NCBI GenBank assembly: GCA_016181465.1
Contig: JACOZG010000021.1
Location: 1-53,257, forward strand
Length of the DNA stretch: 53,257 nt
Direction: 5' to 3'
DNA from: Candidatus Vogelbacteria bacterium
Lineage (GTDB): Bacteria; Patescibacteriota; Minisyncoccia; Phycocordibacterales; JACOZG01
This document shows positions 29,496-39,790 of the stretch, piece after piece. The translations under genes were made by a program, and so were the position numbers. The first letter of the stretch is position 1. The number at the start of each line of letters is the position of its first letter. The notes beneath the pieces are model-generated. The model was given only the letters and a program-made list of their open reading frames with translations. It did not search any database and was not told where the DNA came from.

Positions 29496-30587
29496 CTAGG
29501 GCGCTAAAACAGACTTAGCCCGCCAGACATCGTTCCGCCAGCGCCAAGCGGCGTCCATACCGGCGAAAAGCCACAGCTCGCCGCGGAAAATGAGCGCCGC
29601 GTGATCCTCGCGTCCCGGCCACGGCGCCGGGGACGACGGTTTAAGCCAATTTTTTCCATCAGTCGTGAACCAGACATCGCTCACCCCTTCATTCCGATCC
29701 GTGTCCCAGCCGCTCGCGAGCCACAAACGATCGAGTTTACCCGACCCGGCTACCGGGGCGGGCCAATTTAAGAGCGCGTGGCCGTGGCGCGGCCCCCACG
29801 GCGCCTTCACCGTCACCAACTGCCACTTCTGGCCATCGCTTGAAACCCAGACCTCGCCATTTGCCCTGCCCTCGGCCAAACCGCCAGTCAGCCAGAGACG
29901 ATCTTGGAACACTTCCACCGCGTGGTCGTAGCGGCCGGACCACGGCGTGGAAGAAGCAACGAGCATCCAGTTAAGACCATCGAGTGATGACCAGACATCA
30001 TTGTAAACCAGTCGTTTGTCAAAATTGATTCCACCCATAAGCCAAAGTTTATTTTGGAAAACAGTCAGGGTCTGGCCCTCGCGCGGCGGAAAGGCCGCGC
30101 TCGAAGTGGCCAATTCCCAATTAACGCCGTCCGACGAAAGCCAGATGTCGCTTTGATAGCCGCCCACTGGACTCCAGCCGCCAAGCATCAACAGACGATC
30201 CTGCTCGCCCGGCGCCGAGGCGACGGGCCAAGGCACAACAGACAATGACCGCCGCGCCGGCCAGGCCGCCGCGCCGGTTTCTTGATTCCAGTTCGTACCG
30301 TCAACCGACGACCAAATATCATGATAGTGCGGCAGTTCCCAATATTTCACATTGTTAACCAAACCTTGACCGCCGTTCACACCGCCCATAAGCCATAACT
30401 TATCCTGCCAGACTAACGCCGCCGCGGCATCGCGCGCCGGCCACGGCGCCGTGCTTGTGGCTTCTTGCCATTGCAAATCAAGCGCCGGTTTTCTAATTTC
30501 CACTGGAGCAAACGCCGCCTGTTTAACAAACAAAAACGCGCCGATTACCGCGGCTAAAAAGACGATCATCATCACCTTTTTTAACAT
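29496..30587 (-). CDS. Secreted kelch-like beta-propeller protein
   Basis: Repeated W.PR..H..LWL.GG..DVW.S.DG.NW units. Confidence 0.85.
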   Translation of the reverse strand: MLKKVMMIVFLAAVIGAFLFVKQAAFAPVEIRKPALDLQWQEATSTAPWPARDAAAALVWQDKLWLMGGVNGGQGLVNNVKYWELPHYHDIWSSVDGTNWNQETGAAAWPARRSLSVVPWPVASAPGEQDRLLMLGGWSPVGGYQSDIWLSSDGVNWELATSSAAFPPREGQTLTVFQNKLWLMGGINFDKRLVYNDVWSSLDGLNWMLVASSTPWSGRYDHAVEVFQDRLWLTGGLAEGRANGEVWVSSDGQKWQLVTVKAPWGPRHGHALLNWPAPVAGSGKLDRLWLASGWDTDRNEGVSDVWFTTDGKNWLKPSSPAPWPGREDHAALIFRGELWLFAGMDAAWRWRNDVWRAKSVLAP

Positions 30588-30610
30588 CGCCTTAATGCTA
30601 TAATGCGGCC

Positions 30611-32731
30611 GTGGAAAAAGCCATCACCGAACATTTTCGGCTAAAACCGGTCCAAATCCAAGGCCTGAATAAACTCGGATTAAAAACGCTCCGCGATCTC
30701 CTCTACCACTTCCCCGCCCGCTACGAGCGGCCGGCGCCGGAAAAACTAATTCGGGAACTCCGCGCCGGCGAGACCGCGGCGATCCACGGCCAGGTAATCA
30801 AAACCAAAATCAGTCTGGCTTTCCGCAAAAAAATCCCCTTGGCCGAAGTGATCATCGAAGACGCCACCGGGCGGATTAAGGCCGTCTGGTTCCATCAACC
30901 GTATCTGGCCAAAAAAATTCATGAGGGCGAGTGGTTGAGGGTCAGCGGCAAGGTCAGCGCCAGAAAAGAACAACTCTATTTTGCCAACCCGTCGTTTCAA
31001 GCGGCGGCCGAAACCTCGATTTTCCAAAACACCGCCGCGCCGAAGTCCTCGTCTCTAACGCCGGTCTACCCGGAAACGCGGGGCTTATCGAGCGTCTGGT
31101 TTGAGTACACGCTCAAGCAAACGTTCGCCAGCGGCGCCGCGAGCGAACTCGACGACCCTTTGCCTGAAATGATCCGCGCCCGCTACCACCTGCTGGCGCT
31201 CGGTCAGGCGCTCCTCCTCATCCATCAACCGCGGCTGGAAAAAGAGGCCTTGGCGGCGCGCAAACGTTTTGCCTTTGAAGAAGTTTTTTTTATCCAACTC
31301 AAACGACTTAAAGACAAACTTGAGTATGGGCGCGGCGGCGCGCGGCGGATCGAGACTACCGAAGAAATCCTGACTGAATTTTTAAAACGTTTGCCCTTCG
31401 CGCCGACCGCGGCCCAACGCCGGGCCATCGGGCAAATTCTCGCCGACTTAGATCAAGACCGGCCGATGATGCGACTGCTCGAAGGTGATGTCGGCTCGGG
31501 CAAAACCGCCGTCGCCGCGGCCGCGGCTTACGCCGCGGCACGCGCCGGCTTGGAAACGACGTTTATGGCGCCGACCGAGATTCTCGCTCGCCAGCATTTT
31601 GAATCGTTCATTAGCAACTTCGCCGGCGACAATATCAATATCGGTCTAATCACCTCAAGCGAATGCCGCAAATTCCCGTCCAAGCTAGACCCTAACAAAC
31701 ACACGCACATCTCGCGGGCCCAACTCTTAAAGTGGGTGAAGACGGGCGAAATTCCCATTGTCGTCGGCACGCATTCCTTAATCCAGAAAGCCGTCGCCTT
31801 CAAGAGTCTGGCTTTGGCGGTGATAGACGAGCAGCACCGCTTTGGTGTCAAACAGCGCGCCGCGTTGGTAAAAAAGGGCGGCGGCCGAGCGCCGCACCTC
31901 TTGTCGTTGACCGCCACGCCGATCCCGCGAACCTTGGCGCTCACGGCCTACGGCGATCTGGACCTGACGCTTTTGGATGAACTGCCGCCGGGCCGGAAAC
32001 CGATCATCACGGAAATCGTAATGGAAGAAAAAAGAAACGAGGCCTATCGGAAAATCAAAAAAGAGCTTGAACTGGGACGGCAAGCCTTTATCATCTGCCC
32101 GCGAATTGATCTGCCGGACCCGGCCAAAGCGCTCGCCCTTTACGCTAAATCAGCCAAACAAGAAGCGCGCCGGCTCCAAGAAAAAATTTTTCCCGAGTGG
32201 AAAATCGGTCTGCTCCACAGCAAACTGCGCCCGAAAGATAAAGAGCAGGTGATGGCCGACTTCCAGGGCGGCGCCGTCCAGATCCTCGTCGCCACCTCGG
32301 TGGTGGAAGTGGGCGTTAATGTGCCGAACGCCACGGTCATCGTCATCGAAGGCGCCGAGCGCTTCGGCTTGGCCCAACTGCATCAACTTCGCGGCCGCGT
32401 CTGGCGCAGTCACCATCAGGCCTACTGTTTTTTGTTCACTGACGCTACTTCGGCTAAGATCATTGAACGATTGAAGGCGATCCAAACCGCCAAAAACGGT
32501 TTCGAGCTGGCCGAGCTTGATTTGAGACTGCGCGGCGCCGGCTCCCTGGCCGGCCCTAAGCAGTGGGGTCTTTCCGATCTCGGCATGGAGGCCCTGCAAA
32601 ATCTGAAAATGGTCGAGGCGGCGCGGGCGGAAGCGCGAGCGATGCTCACTGAAGATCCGGAACTAAAAAAAAATCCGATAATCCGCGAACGTCTTGCCGC
32701 GACCGCTAATCAACCGATTCATTTCGAATAA
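30611..32731 (+). CDS. recG: ATP-dependent DNA helicase RecG
   Basis: GDVGSGKT, DEQHRFG, TATPIPRTL, LHQLRGRV. Confidence 0.97.
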   Translation: MEKAITEHFRLKPVQIQGLNKLGLKTLRDLLYHFPARYERPAPEKLIRELRAGETAAIHGQVIKTKISLAFRKKIPLAEVIIEDATGRIKAVWFHQPYLAKKIHEGEWLRVSGKVSARKEQLYFANPSFQAAAETSIFQNTAAPKSSSLTPVYPETRGLSSVWFEYTLKQTFASGAASELDDPLPEMIRARYHLLALGQALLLIHQPRLEKEALAARKRFAFEEVFFIQLKRLKDKLEYGRGGARRIETTEEILTEFLKRLPFAPTAAQRRAIGQILADLDQDRPMMRLLEGDVGSGKTAVAAAAAYAAARAGLETTFMAPTEILARQHFESFISNFAGDNINIGLITSSECRKFPSKLDPNKHTHISRAQLLKWVKTGEIPIVVGTHSLIQKAVAFKSLALAVIDEQHRFGVKQRAALVKKGGGRAPHLLSLTATPIPRTLALTAYGDLDLTLLDELPPGRKPIITEIVMEEKRNEAYRKIKKELELGRQAFIICPRIDLPDPAKALALYAKSAKQEARRLQEKIFPEWKIGLLHSKLRPKDKEQVMADFQGGAVQILVATSVVEVGVNVPNATVIVIEGAERFGLAQLHQLRGRVWRSHHQAYCFLFTDATSAKIIERLKAIQTAKNGFELAELDLRLRGAGSLAGPKQWGLSDLGMEALQNLKMVEAARAEARAMLTEDPELKKNPIIRERLAATANQPIHFE

Positions 32732-32737
32732 ATTCAT

Positions 32738-32777
32738 GGCAAGGCGAGACCTTGCCACGGGCAAGGTCTCGCCTTGA
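32738..32777. repeat. Intergenic inverted REP doublet
   Basis: GGCAAGGCGAGACCTTGCC-ACGG-GCAAGGTCTCGCCTTG. Confidence 0.85.
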
Positions 32778-32779
32778 TA

Positions 32780-33874
32780 TTAAAAAACGGAAAAAGCACT
32801 GTCGCTCAAATCACCGAGCGGCAGTTGCAAACTGGTGATTTTAATTAGGTAATCACCGCCAGCGAGAAGTGCGGTCGGCACAACCCAGTTGTAGGCGCCG
32901 GCCGCGGCCGGAAGAGAAACCGCGATCGTCCGCACCGGCAGATTGGGATAGGCGGCGCGGACAAGGAAGATTGAGACGGTCTCGACGCCGACGGCGCGCC
33001 AGGTAATTGCCAGATTCGCGCCGCGCGCCGCGCGCTCGCCGCCGTTCGGCGAAAGGACAACCAGAGATGGCGTTTGCCCGGCCGGCGAAACAATTTTAAT
33101 CGCGCCGCTTTTGGCGCAAACCGCCGAGCCAAAATAACAAATCTGCAAGCGATAATCGCCGTTTGGCGGGATCAGGTCGTAAGCGGTCTGGCCAACAGTC
33201 CAACTGAAGGAGCCGGTATTCGGCGCCTGGGCCGCGAGCAAATACGGCCAGTTGTTCGCCGTATTAATTAGATTGATCGCTAGGGAGCCGTTGCCGTTCC
33301 CCTGCCATTCGATCGCGCGTTCCTGGCCGCGGGTTAAAGTCTCGCCGCCGGCCGGACTTAAAATTTTCAACTCACTGGTTGGCGCGCCGACCGTCAAGGT
33401 GAACACGGCGTCGCTCTCGTCACACAGATTGAACGGGTAAAAATAGCAGACGCGGAGACGATACGAACCGGCCGGCGCGTTGGCGCCGGAAAGCAATTTA
33501 CCGGCCGGCCAAACATAAAGACCGGTGTTGGGCGCGCCGGAAAATACGGCGTAAGCCGGAATCGATCCCGTCACAACACTCGGGACAAGCCAGAGATTGA
33601 CCGCAGTGTTGGTGTAATCCGTTTGCCAGCGGATCAAACGAGAAGTGCCAATTGTCCAACTCTCGCCGCCGTTGGGAGAGATGACCGCGGGCGGCTGGCC
33701 AGAAAGAGTAGGTAAAGGCGGCCGCGATTGCAAAAGGAGCAGTTGGGCTTGCAATTTCTGGACCAGTTGCTGCAAAAGCAGAATTAGAGTCTCTTGGTTA
33801 GCCGGAGCCGCGGCTCGCGCCGCGGCCGGCAAAATTAAACCAATGAATAAAATAATGACTAAAAACTTTTTCAT
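32780..33874 (-). CDS. Secreted protein with three SP(N/A)GGE Ig-like repeats
   Basis: Signal peptide, SPNGGE..NTG.Y.W repeats. Confidence 0.82.
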   Translation of the reverse strand: MKKFLVIILFIGLILPAAARAAAPANQETLILLLQQLVQKLQAQLLLLQSRPPLPTLSGQPPAVISPNGGESWTIGTSRLIRWQTDYTNTAVNLWLVPSVVTGSIPAYAVFSGAPNTGLYVWPAGKLLSGANAPAGSYRLRVCYFYPFNLCDESDAVFTLTVGAPTSELKILSPAGGETLTRGQERAIEWQGNGNGSLAINLINTANNWPYLLAAQAPNTGSFSWTVGQTAYDLIPPNGDYRLQICYFGSAVCAKSGAIKIVSPAGQTPSLVVLSPNGGERAARGANLAITWRAVGVETVSIFLVRAAYPNLPVRTIAVSLPAAAGAYNWVVPTALLAGGDYLIKITSLQLPLGDLSDSAFSVF

Positions 33875-33906
33875 TACCCAATCATACCTCCGAGCCGTCA
33901 CCGAAT

Positions 33907-33948
33907 GCAAACCCCGCCAGAGGCGGGGTTTGCCAAGGGCTGCCCTTG
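33907..33948. terminator. Terminator hairpin plus single REP-like palindrome
   Basis: GCAAACCCCGCC-AGA-GGCGGGGTTTGC followed by CAAGGGCTGCCCTTG. Confidence 0.65.
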
Positions 33949-33973
33949 GTAAATGAGTGGTGGGGTGTAATTT

Positions 33974-36036
33974 TTACGGGGCGGAGACTGGTTTAACATC
34001 CACGGTCACGGAAGCCTCCCGGCCGGCCTCAACGACGAAAATCGCGGAGCCGCCGTCGGTATAGCCCACGGCCGAGGCCTTAACATAATACTTGCCGGAT
34101 TTCAGATCGCCGAAATAAACTGACGGCACATTGTCGCTACCGTAAGGCACGGTAACGCCACTCTTCAGTAATTGGTTGTTATCGGCCGAGTAAAGCCAAA
34201 CTTTGGCGTCCTTAATTTTGTAAGTGTTGTAACCATCCACCCACCAGACCCAAACCCGCGCGCCACCGTAAACAGGTTGCGGCTGTTCCACCTTATAATA
34301 GGCCGTGGCTTTATTGTTATTCTCATTAGTTTCGGCGTAAAGATTTTCTGGGTCAACTATTACCTCTCCGCTGTAGCCGGTGCTCGGCATCGCGTTGAAA
34401 CCCCAAGTGGCATAATACCACTGATGAGCAAGGCCGCAATTCACCATCGGTTCCCAATGGCCATGCATGTTGAATCCCTTAATCACGACGCCATTCACAG
34501 TAATCCAAACCGGAAAACTATTGACACTGTAAGTGCCGCGATTACAGAAACGCACGAAAGGTCCGTCTTTATTCAACTCAAACGACATCACTTCGAAATC
34601 CAAGCCGGGCTGATTGGGTGGATTAACGGTAGTCGAATCATAAATCTTGAAGGAGGAGTCGCTCCAATCATTCCAATAACAATCATTGTCAGAACGACAG
34701 AGAGAAACACTCATCCAGTAGGTTCCAGATTTTATAGTCGAGGGGATAGTCCAATACTCCACTCCGTCGTTTTCAGTCTTTGAATAAACCGGGTACCAAT
34801 TACCAGAAAAATTAGAGATGCTTATTCTGATAAACACGTCGGTGGCGTTAGTTTTCCATTGAATTGGATAGGAGAAACCCTTCTGCCACGACTCCCCTCC
34901 ATTGGGGCTAAATATTTGAACTGGAGATGGAACAGGGGGATTAACTCCGCCACCCCCCACCACGACGCTCAAACTCGTGCTGTTGGATTGCCCGGCGTTG
35001 TCCGTGACTCTGAATTTCGGATAATAAGTGCCGGCTTGGGCGTAGGAGTGAGTGAAGGTGGCGGTTTGCTGGATTTTTTCAACCGTAGGCGCATAAGCCA
35101 CACCGCCGGAAACCATTGTCTCGTCACCCCAGATCACGCTGTAACTAAGCGTCCCATTCTCCGGATCACTCGCCTGCACGCTCCAAGTGCCAGTCTCGCC
35201 GATTTTCAATGCAGTCGGACCTTCAACACCGGAGATTGTCGGCGGCTTGTTGCCAGTGTAATCACTGGTAACGATTTTGAAGTATGAATCGCTAGCATCG
35301 CAAGTCCGAGTAGCATAATTAACTGAATCCCAGACGCAAACCTCAATCCAATAACCTTGATCTGTACTCAATGGGAAACCGCCAAGAGTTTGTCCTACCG
35401 TCCATTCGTAACTGCCAGTGTTAGGTATGCGACTGGCAATACCATAGGAACTGTTAGGACCATTTTTCTCGTAATTCCAAGAAGTTACCAAATGGATATC
35501 TATTAAATCAGATGCGGTCCCCCTCCAGGCCCAATTTATATTTATCTTTTTTCCTACAGTTAAGTATTCGCCCCCATTGGGTGAAAGAACTCTTACAACA
35601 CCGTCAGGTGGAATCGGCTTCGGCGGGACAGTGCTACCGCACCCATACAAGCGATTAAGCACCTTGCGCGTGGACGGACCGACATAGCCGGTCGGGTTGG
35701 CGAGGCCGAGCGGCGCTAAAATTTCTTTGGCATATTTCAACTGAAAAGCCGAGACCGCCGCGGCTGTGGCTTCGGTGAAGGTCACCTGGCTCTTCTTTTT
35801 TTCCACTTCGAAATAATGCCGCCCGAACCCACGCCGAGATTCTTCTCAAAAGTGAAGCACCAGGATTGCTGACCTGGCTGACCCTGCAACTGGGCCAGTT
35901 GTTGTTTGAGGTAAGCAATTTGCTGCTCAAGTTGAGCAATCAACTTGGCAATGTCATCGGCTGATTGGGCCTTGAGCGCCAAGGGCGCGACCAAAAACGA
36001 CAAAACCAACAAGCTAAATAACGCTTTTTTAATCAT
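33974..36036 (-). pseudogene. Large surface protein (peptidoglycan-binding, SPNGGE, PKD, CARDB-like), frameshifted
   Basis: The signal-peptide ORF (36036-35782) and the body ORF (35806-33974) overlap in different frames at an A7 tract. Confidence 0.8.
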
Positions 36037-36156
36037 AAGTTTCGTCTTTATTAAAGTGATTAATAATTTAGGAAGATTGCCAATATGACGGGTATTGGAC
36101 CCCCCCCACCTTACCACAGACAAAAAAGGGACGCAAGTGGATTGCGTCCCGATGTC

Positions 36157-36711
36157 TCACCAAACATTGACCGGCGTCGGCGCTCGGCACAATGGGCAAT
36201 CAGATTCAGCATGGCTCTCGAGGTCCAACGAAACGAGGCTGAAAAGAGGAGCGCCGATCATCTCGGCCGTGACGTCGCCGCAATTGCAGATGACGGCGGC
36301 CGCCGTCGCCTTGCCCTGCGCTGACTGCACGACGCGAATCACATCCCGTAAAGTATCGCCAGTGACTGTTTCGTCAGCCACCACCGCGACGTTCTGGTTC
36401 GCCACGAGCTCGCCATGACCCCGTTGCCATTCAAAAGTGCCGCCAACCTTAGTGACGATGGCCGACCTGACTTTTCGCCGATTCAAGAGAGACAAATCAG
36501 CGGCCACAAATACGGCTAAGATCGCCCCATAGGTTCCCGGCCCAACCACCACATCAATCTGATTATCCATCAGTCGTCCGGCCAGATTGATACTGATGGT
36601 TCTGATTAAGGCAGGGTCGGTGTAAATCACATTCCGGTTGAAAGAATTATCTTCCTGCAAAACTCTGGCCGCCAGCAAGGTGTCCCTGATTTCTCTTTCG
36701 GCCGCACTCAT
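36157..36711 (-). CDS. Type I phosphoribosyltransferase, PyrE-like, degenerate motif
   Basis: IDVVVGP..GAIL, VAVVADETVTGDT, DCPLC; GAAGGGAG SD. Confidence 0.75.
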   Translation of the reverse strand: MSAAEREIRDTLLAARVLQEDNSFNRNVIYTDPALIRTISINLAGRLMDNQIDVVVGPGTYGAILAVFVAADLSLLNRRKVRSAIVTKVGGTFEWQRGHGELVANQNVAVVADETVTGDTLRDVIRVVQSAQGKATAAAVICNCGDVTAEMIGAPLFSLVSLDLESHAESDCPLCRAPTPVNVW

Positions 36712-36930
36712 AATCCAACTCCCTTCTGCCACTCGCAAGGTCCAAATCCGATCAGAACCGCTCTGACCGTTTCTGTCTCCCAGCTTAGCGAAGGAGGGCT
36801 CAAAAAGCAAGTGGATACCGGATTTAATTAATGAAGAATGAGTCGAGGTTCAAAATTAAAATTGTACCAAAATTAGACGATCGTCTGATTGTGGAACAAT
36901 TACAAAATTAATTAATGTTGGATTGTCGAA

Positions 36931-37012
36931 TGGAACACTGTGGAGCCTGTCCGCCTCTGGTGGGGATGTGGGAACTATGCTGGAGGGGATTTATGTACCA
37001 GTTCTAGTGTAA
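36931..37012 (+). repeat. Headless C-terminal tail repeat, copy 1
   Basis: WNTVE[19-nt insert]DVGTMLEGIYVPVLV*; shares a 25-nt identical core with 39791-39853. Confidence 0.8.
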
Positions 37013-37073
37013 AGAAACCCGCCGAGTTTAGATCAACGACGGGTTCATATGAGATAGATACGCTACGCACAGT

Positions 37074-37598
37074 TTATGGTGAAGAATTGTCATGCACGAT
37101 CAATTCTATGCCGCCCGTGGTCAAAACGACGAAGTTGTCGTGCGGCTGGATCACGAAGGAGTACACGGCCCTACCCCATTCTTTGGTCTCGATCTTAAGA
37201 ATCTTGAATTCGCCAACCGCTGATCTGGCCTTGACCTTACCGGTCCGAATCCACCCCTTCTCTGAACCGCCATAGAGACGTTGGCTGGGCGAGCAAGTAA
37301 TGCTGCCGCCGCGGAGAAAAGTGATTATCCTCAACTCTGGTTCTGATCCGACATCGACACGGGTGATTTGGCCAACGACCAGTTGTTTGGCCCCATAGTC
37401 ATAACAGTAAACATGGTCATTTGTTTTGAGACCCTCAATCGCTACGCGACCAGCCGGAGTATGAACCAAAGTACCAACCGGGAAACAATTATGACCACCA
37501 CTGCTGTGGAAAGAATCAAACTTAGATCCTCCACCACCCCCAAACAACGACCCCAGAATCCACAACACAACCACTATTCCGATAATCCACCACCACAT
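37074..37598 (-). CDS. TM-anchored Hint (bacterial intein-like) domain protein
   Basis: TM, Gly linker, CFPVGTLVHT..AIEGL..VYSF..NFVV..IVHD; TTGACA-17-TAATCT promoter. Confidence 0.82.
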   Translation of the reverse strand: MWWWIIGIVVVLWILGSLFGGGGGSKFDSFHSSGGHNCFPVGTLVHTPAGRVAIEGLKTNDHVYCYDYGAKQLVVGQITRVDVGSEPELRIITFLRGGSITCSPSQRLYGGSEKGWIRTGKVKARSAVGEFKILKIETKEWGRAVYSFVIQPHDNFVVLTTGGIELIVHDNSSP

Positions 37599-37817
37599 AG
37601 GCATCTCCCTTTCAAAAAACCAGTAGACCGTATGTCCTAAACTACTTTTTAGATTACTCGCAAAGTAGCGTGGTGTCAAACCAATATGACCCTAGCATCG
37701 AAAACAAAAAACTCCCCATTAGAGAAGTTCTTTGCTTGCCTCGCGTTGCCTAACGCAAAGTCGGGCAGATCGCCTGTGGATAAACTTGATTCCCATTTTC
37801 TTTTATGTATACTTAGA

Positions 37818-37892
37818 ATGTCTTTCGGTTTTTTCGACCGGAAGGGCATAACATCCAAGAGCAACCCTCCGCGAGGAGGGTTGCTTTTATTT
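37818..37892 (+). ncRNA. Candidate small RNA convergent with the NYN gene
   Basis: TTGATT-16-TATACT (37786-37813); G:U-containing hairpin, then a GCGA-tetraloop terminator hairpin with T tail. Confidence 0.45.
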
Positions 37893-38486
37893 GTTTCCCC
37901 TTTCCTTGTCTAATTCTGCTCTGTGTTTCAATTCTTTTCCCCAAATCCCATCAACATTAAGAATGTCAGTGTATCCATCCGCCCCGGTCCTTAGTTCCTC
38001 AGACACATTATTCCTGGAAGAAAAAACAAAAACTCTTTTACCATGTTTCCTTAAATAAGTAATCAATGGAAGAAAATCGGAATCCCCCGTAAAGAAAACC
38101 GCCGTCCCGTATTTCTTTAGATGATGAAGTGAATCAATAGTAATTTCCACATCCATATTTCCTTTTTCTTCTACAATATTTCCTCGCTCGGTTAAGACGT
38201 TGATTCTCTTCAATTCCTTTTTTACAACAAAAATCCCCAGTCCCTTCTTAAGAAAAGTAAAGAATTTATGTTTACCATCTAAGCTGTACTTTCTTGTACC
38301 TTCTGCCGGATACGCAGTATAGTAAAACACTTTAATTGAAGTTCCATTAAACTTTTGCTTGATATATTCAGTTGTCTTAGCGTAATCCAAAAATTTACTT
38401 TTCGTTTTCTGCGCCGCCCATAAATTAGAGGCATCTATAAAAACATAAATCATACCCGCCTTTTGCTCGACCGGAGATTGTTCCAT
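37887..38486 (-). CDS. NYN-domain (PIN-like, LabA/DUF88) ribonuclease
   Basis: FIDASNL, KGNMDVEI, FTGDSDF, SEELR. Confidence 0.9.
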   Translation of the reverse strand: MEQSPVEQKAGMIYVFIDASNLWAAQKTKSKFLDYAKTTEYIKQKFNGTSIKVFYYTAYPAEGTRKYSLDGKHKFFTFLKKGLGIFVVKKELKRINVLTERGNIVEEKGNMDVEITIDSLHHLKKYGTAVFFTGDSDFLPLITYLRKHGKRVFVFSSRNNVSEELRTGADGYTDILNVDGIWGKELKHRAELDKERGNK

Positions 38487-38634
38487 AACATTATTAAATC
38501 ATCCAATAGGACCCAAGTCTAATTTGGTGGGAATCGGTCAGGTGTTCTCCACTTGCACAATTTGGATACCGGATTTGGTTGGGAAATAAAAGAAAGACCG
38601 CCGGGCGAACCATGCGGTCTTGATTAACAAAAAG

Positions 38635-38826
38635 GATCGGGGGTAGGACAGAGGCTTCCGCTCTAACTGGCCCGTCGGTCGAACGAGACTATGATCACTT
38701 GTCTCACGGCTCCCCGTTCTCAACTCTCCATTTTTGCCAGTCATTTCTGTGTCCTCACGCGCTGGCGCTTGTGAGTAGACGCCGAACGCCGAGCTTCTAG
38801 GAACATTAGTGTGCCCGCCCCCGACC
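38635..38826 (-). ncRNA. Unclassified structured RNA candidate, ~190 nt
   Basis: TGnTATCAT upstream; 5' GGTCGGGGG..CACA pairs with 3' TGT..CCCCCGATC; internal stems; T tract and terminator downstream. Confidence 0.55.
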
Positions 38827-38957
38827 ATGGGAGATGATAACATTAAAAATGGCAAAAGAAAAAAGCCCCGTTGATACGATCGCTGGGGCTTGGGATAATG
38901 AGGATTGAACGCGTTACTTCGTCTCGTTCAACTCCTTCCTCATTTGTTTTTTTCCTT

Positions 38958-39488
38958 TCACTTTCGTGCCTTGAGTTCTCTCAAGATCTCTTGCACTATT
39001 TTCTCGCTCTCGGCGCGGCGGATTTTCTCCGCTAACTCGTGGAGCTTCATCATCTCATTTAGTTTTTCGGTGATGAAAAGCGATCGGTCTAGGGGAGTAG
39101 ACATCATGACGGGCGATTCAAATCTCTCACCGATAGCAATGAGTTTTTCGATCACCAGCCAGAGCCCAAGCAGTCTGTCTTCCGCTGGCGCAATCTTTTC
39201 CAACCGCCCGCGCCGTCTTTGGACATTGTACATTGCCCGCAGGCGCCCCAACTGACCGCCATCGAGATAGAGGATGTAATCCACATCAGCCGTCTCGGTA
39301 TCCACAATCCCATTGACCACGAAGGGTAATTTGACTCCCTCCTCCTGGCCGTCCAAGGAAGCCACCAAAGTAAATTCGGTGGTGCGGGGGTTAAGGGGCC
39401 CTCGTTCACTGCGGAGACGAAGGGTATCAAACAGTTCCTCACGACTCGGTCCATTGATGATGTCGTACGACATCGGTTTGGTAGCCAT
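38958..39488 (-). CDS. Orphan hypothetical protein
   Basis: TTGACA-17-TAGCAT, AGGAGGT SD, downstream terminator. Confidence 0.75.
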   Translation of the reverse strand: MATKPMSYDIINGPSREELFDTLRLRSERGPLNPRTTEFTLVASLDGQEEGVKLPFVVNGIVDTETADVDYILYLDGGQLGRLRAMYNVQRRRGRLEKIAPAEDRLLGLWLVIEKLIAIGERFESPVMMSTPLDRSLFITEKLNEMMKLHELAEKIRRAESEKIVQEILRELKARK

Positions 39489-39630
39489 CGGCCACCTCCT
39501 TTTGAAAGAACATTCTCTTGATTAGCGGAAAAGAATCCAAACCGCGTTGCTCTGACGAGCCACCCACCCGTACAGGCAGGAATTAACACCAACTTGATGC
39601 TAGCATACCAATATAAATCTGTCAAATAAA

Positions 39631-39650
39631 AATGGAGATGCCGGGAATCG
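39631..39650. repeat. Direct repeat of the tmRNA 3' end (att-like)
   Basis: AATGGAGATGCCGGGAATCG, identical to 41421-41440. Confidence 0.9.
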
Positions 39651-39790
39651 GTCACACATAATTTTCTGCTGAAAATTTGCGCGACCCCGCCTCACTCGCC
39701 TCCGCTCGTTCCGGCTTTCAATTCCCGCCGACATTCCATATCCCAAACGCGCACAAAAAACTACCCATTAGGGTAGTTTTTTGGTGGCGT

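Noticed and set aside
38635..38715. Group II intron D5/D6 resemblance (GAGCCG..CCTACCCCCGAT)
   Set aside because: The D5 pairing and bulge are not satisfied, and no RT or upstream domains are present.
38538..38855. 105-aa ORF
   Set aside because: No SD or motif, runs through a terminator, and is better explained as a structured RNA.
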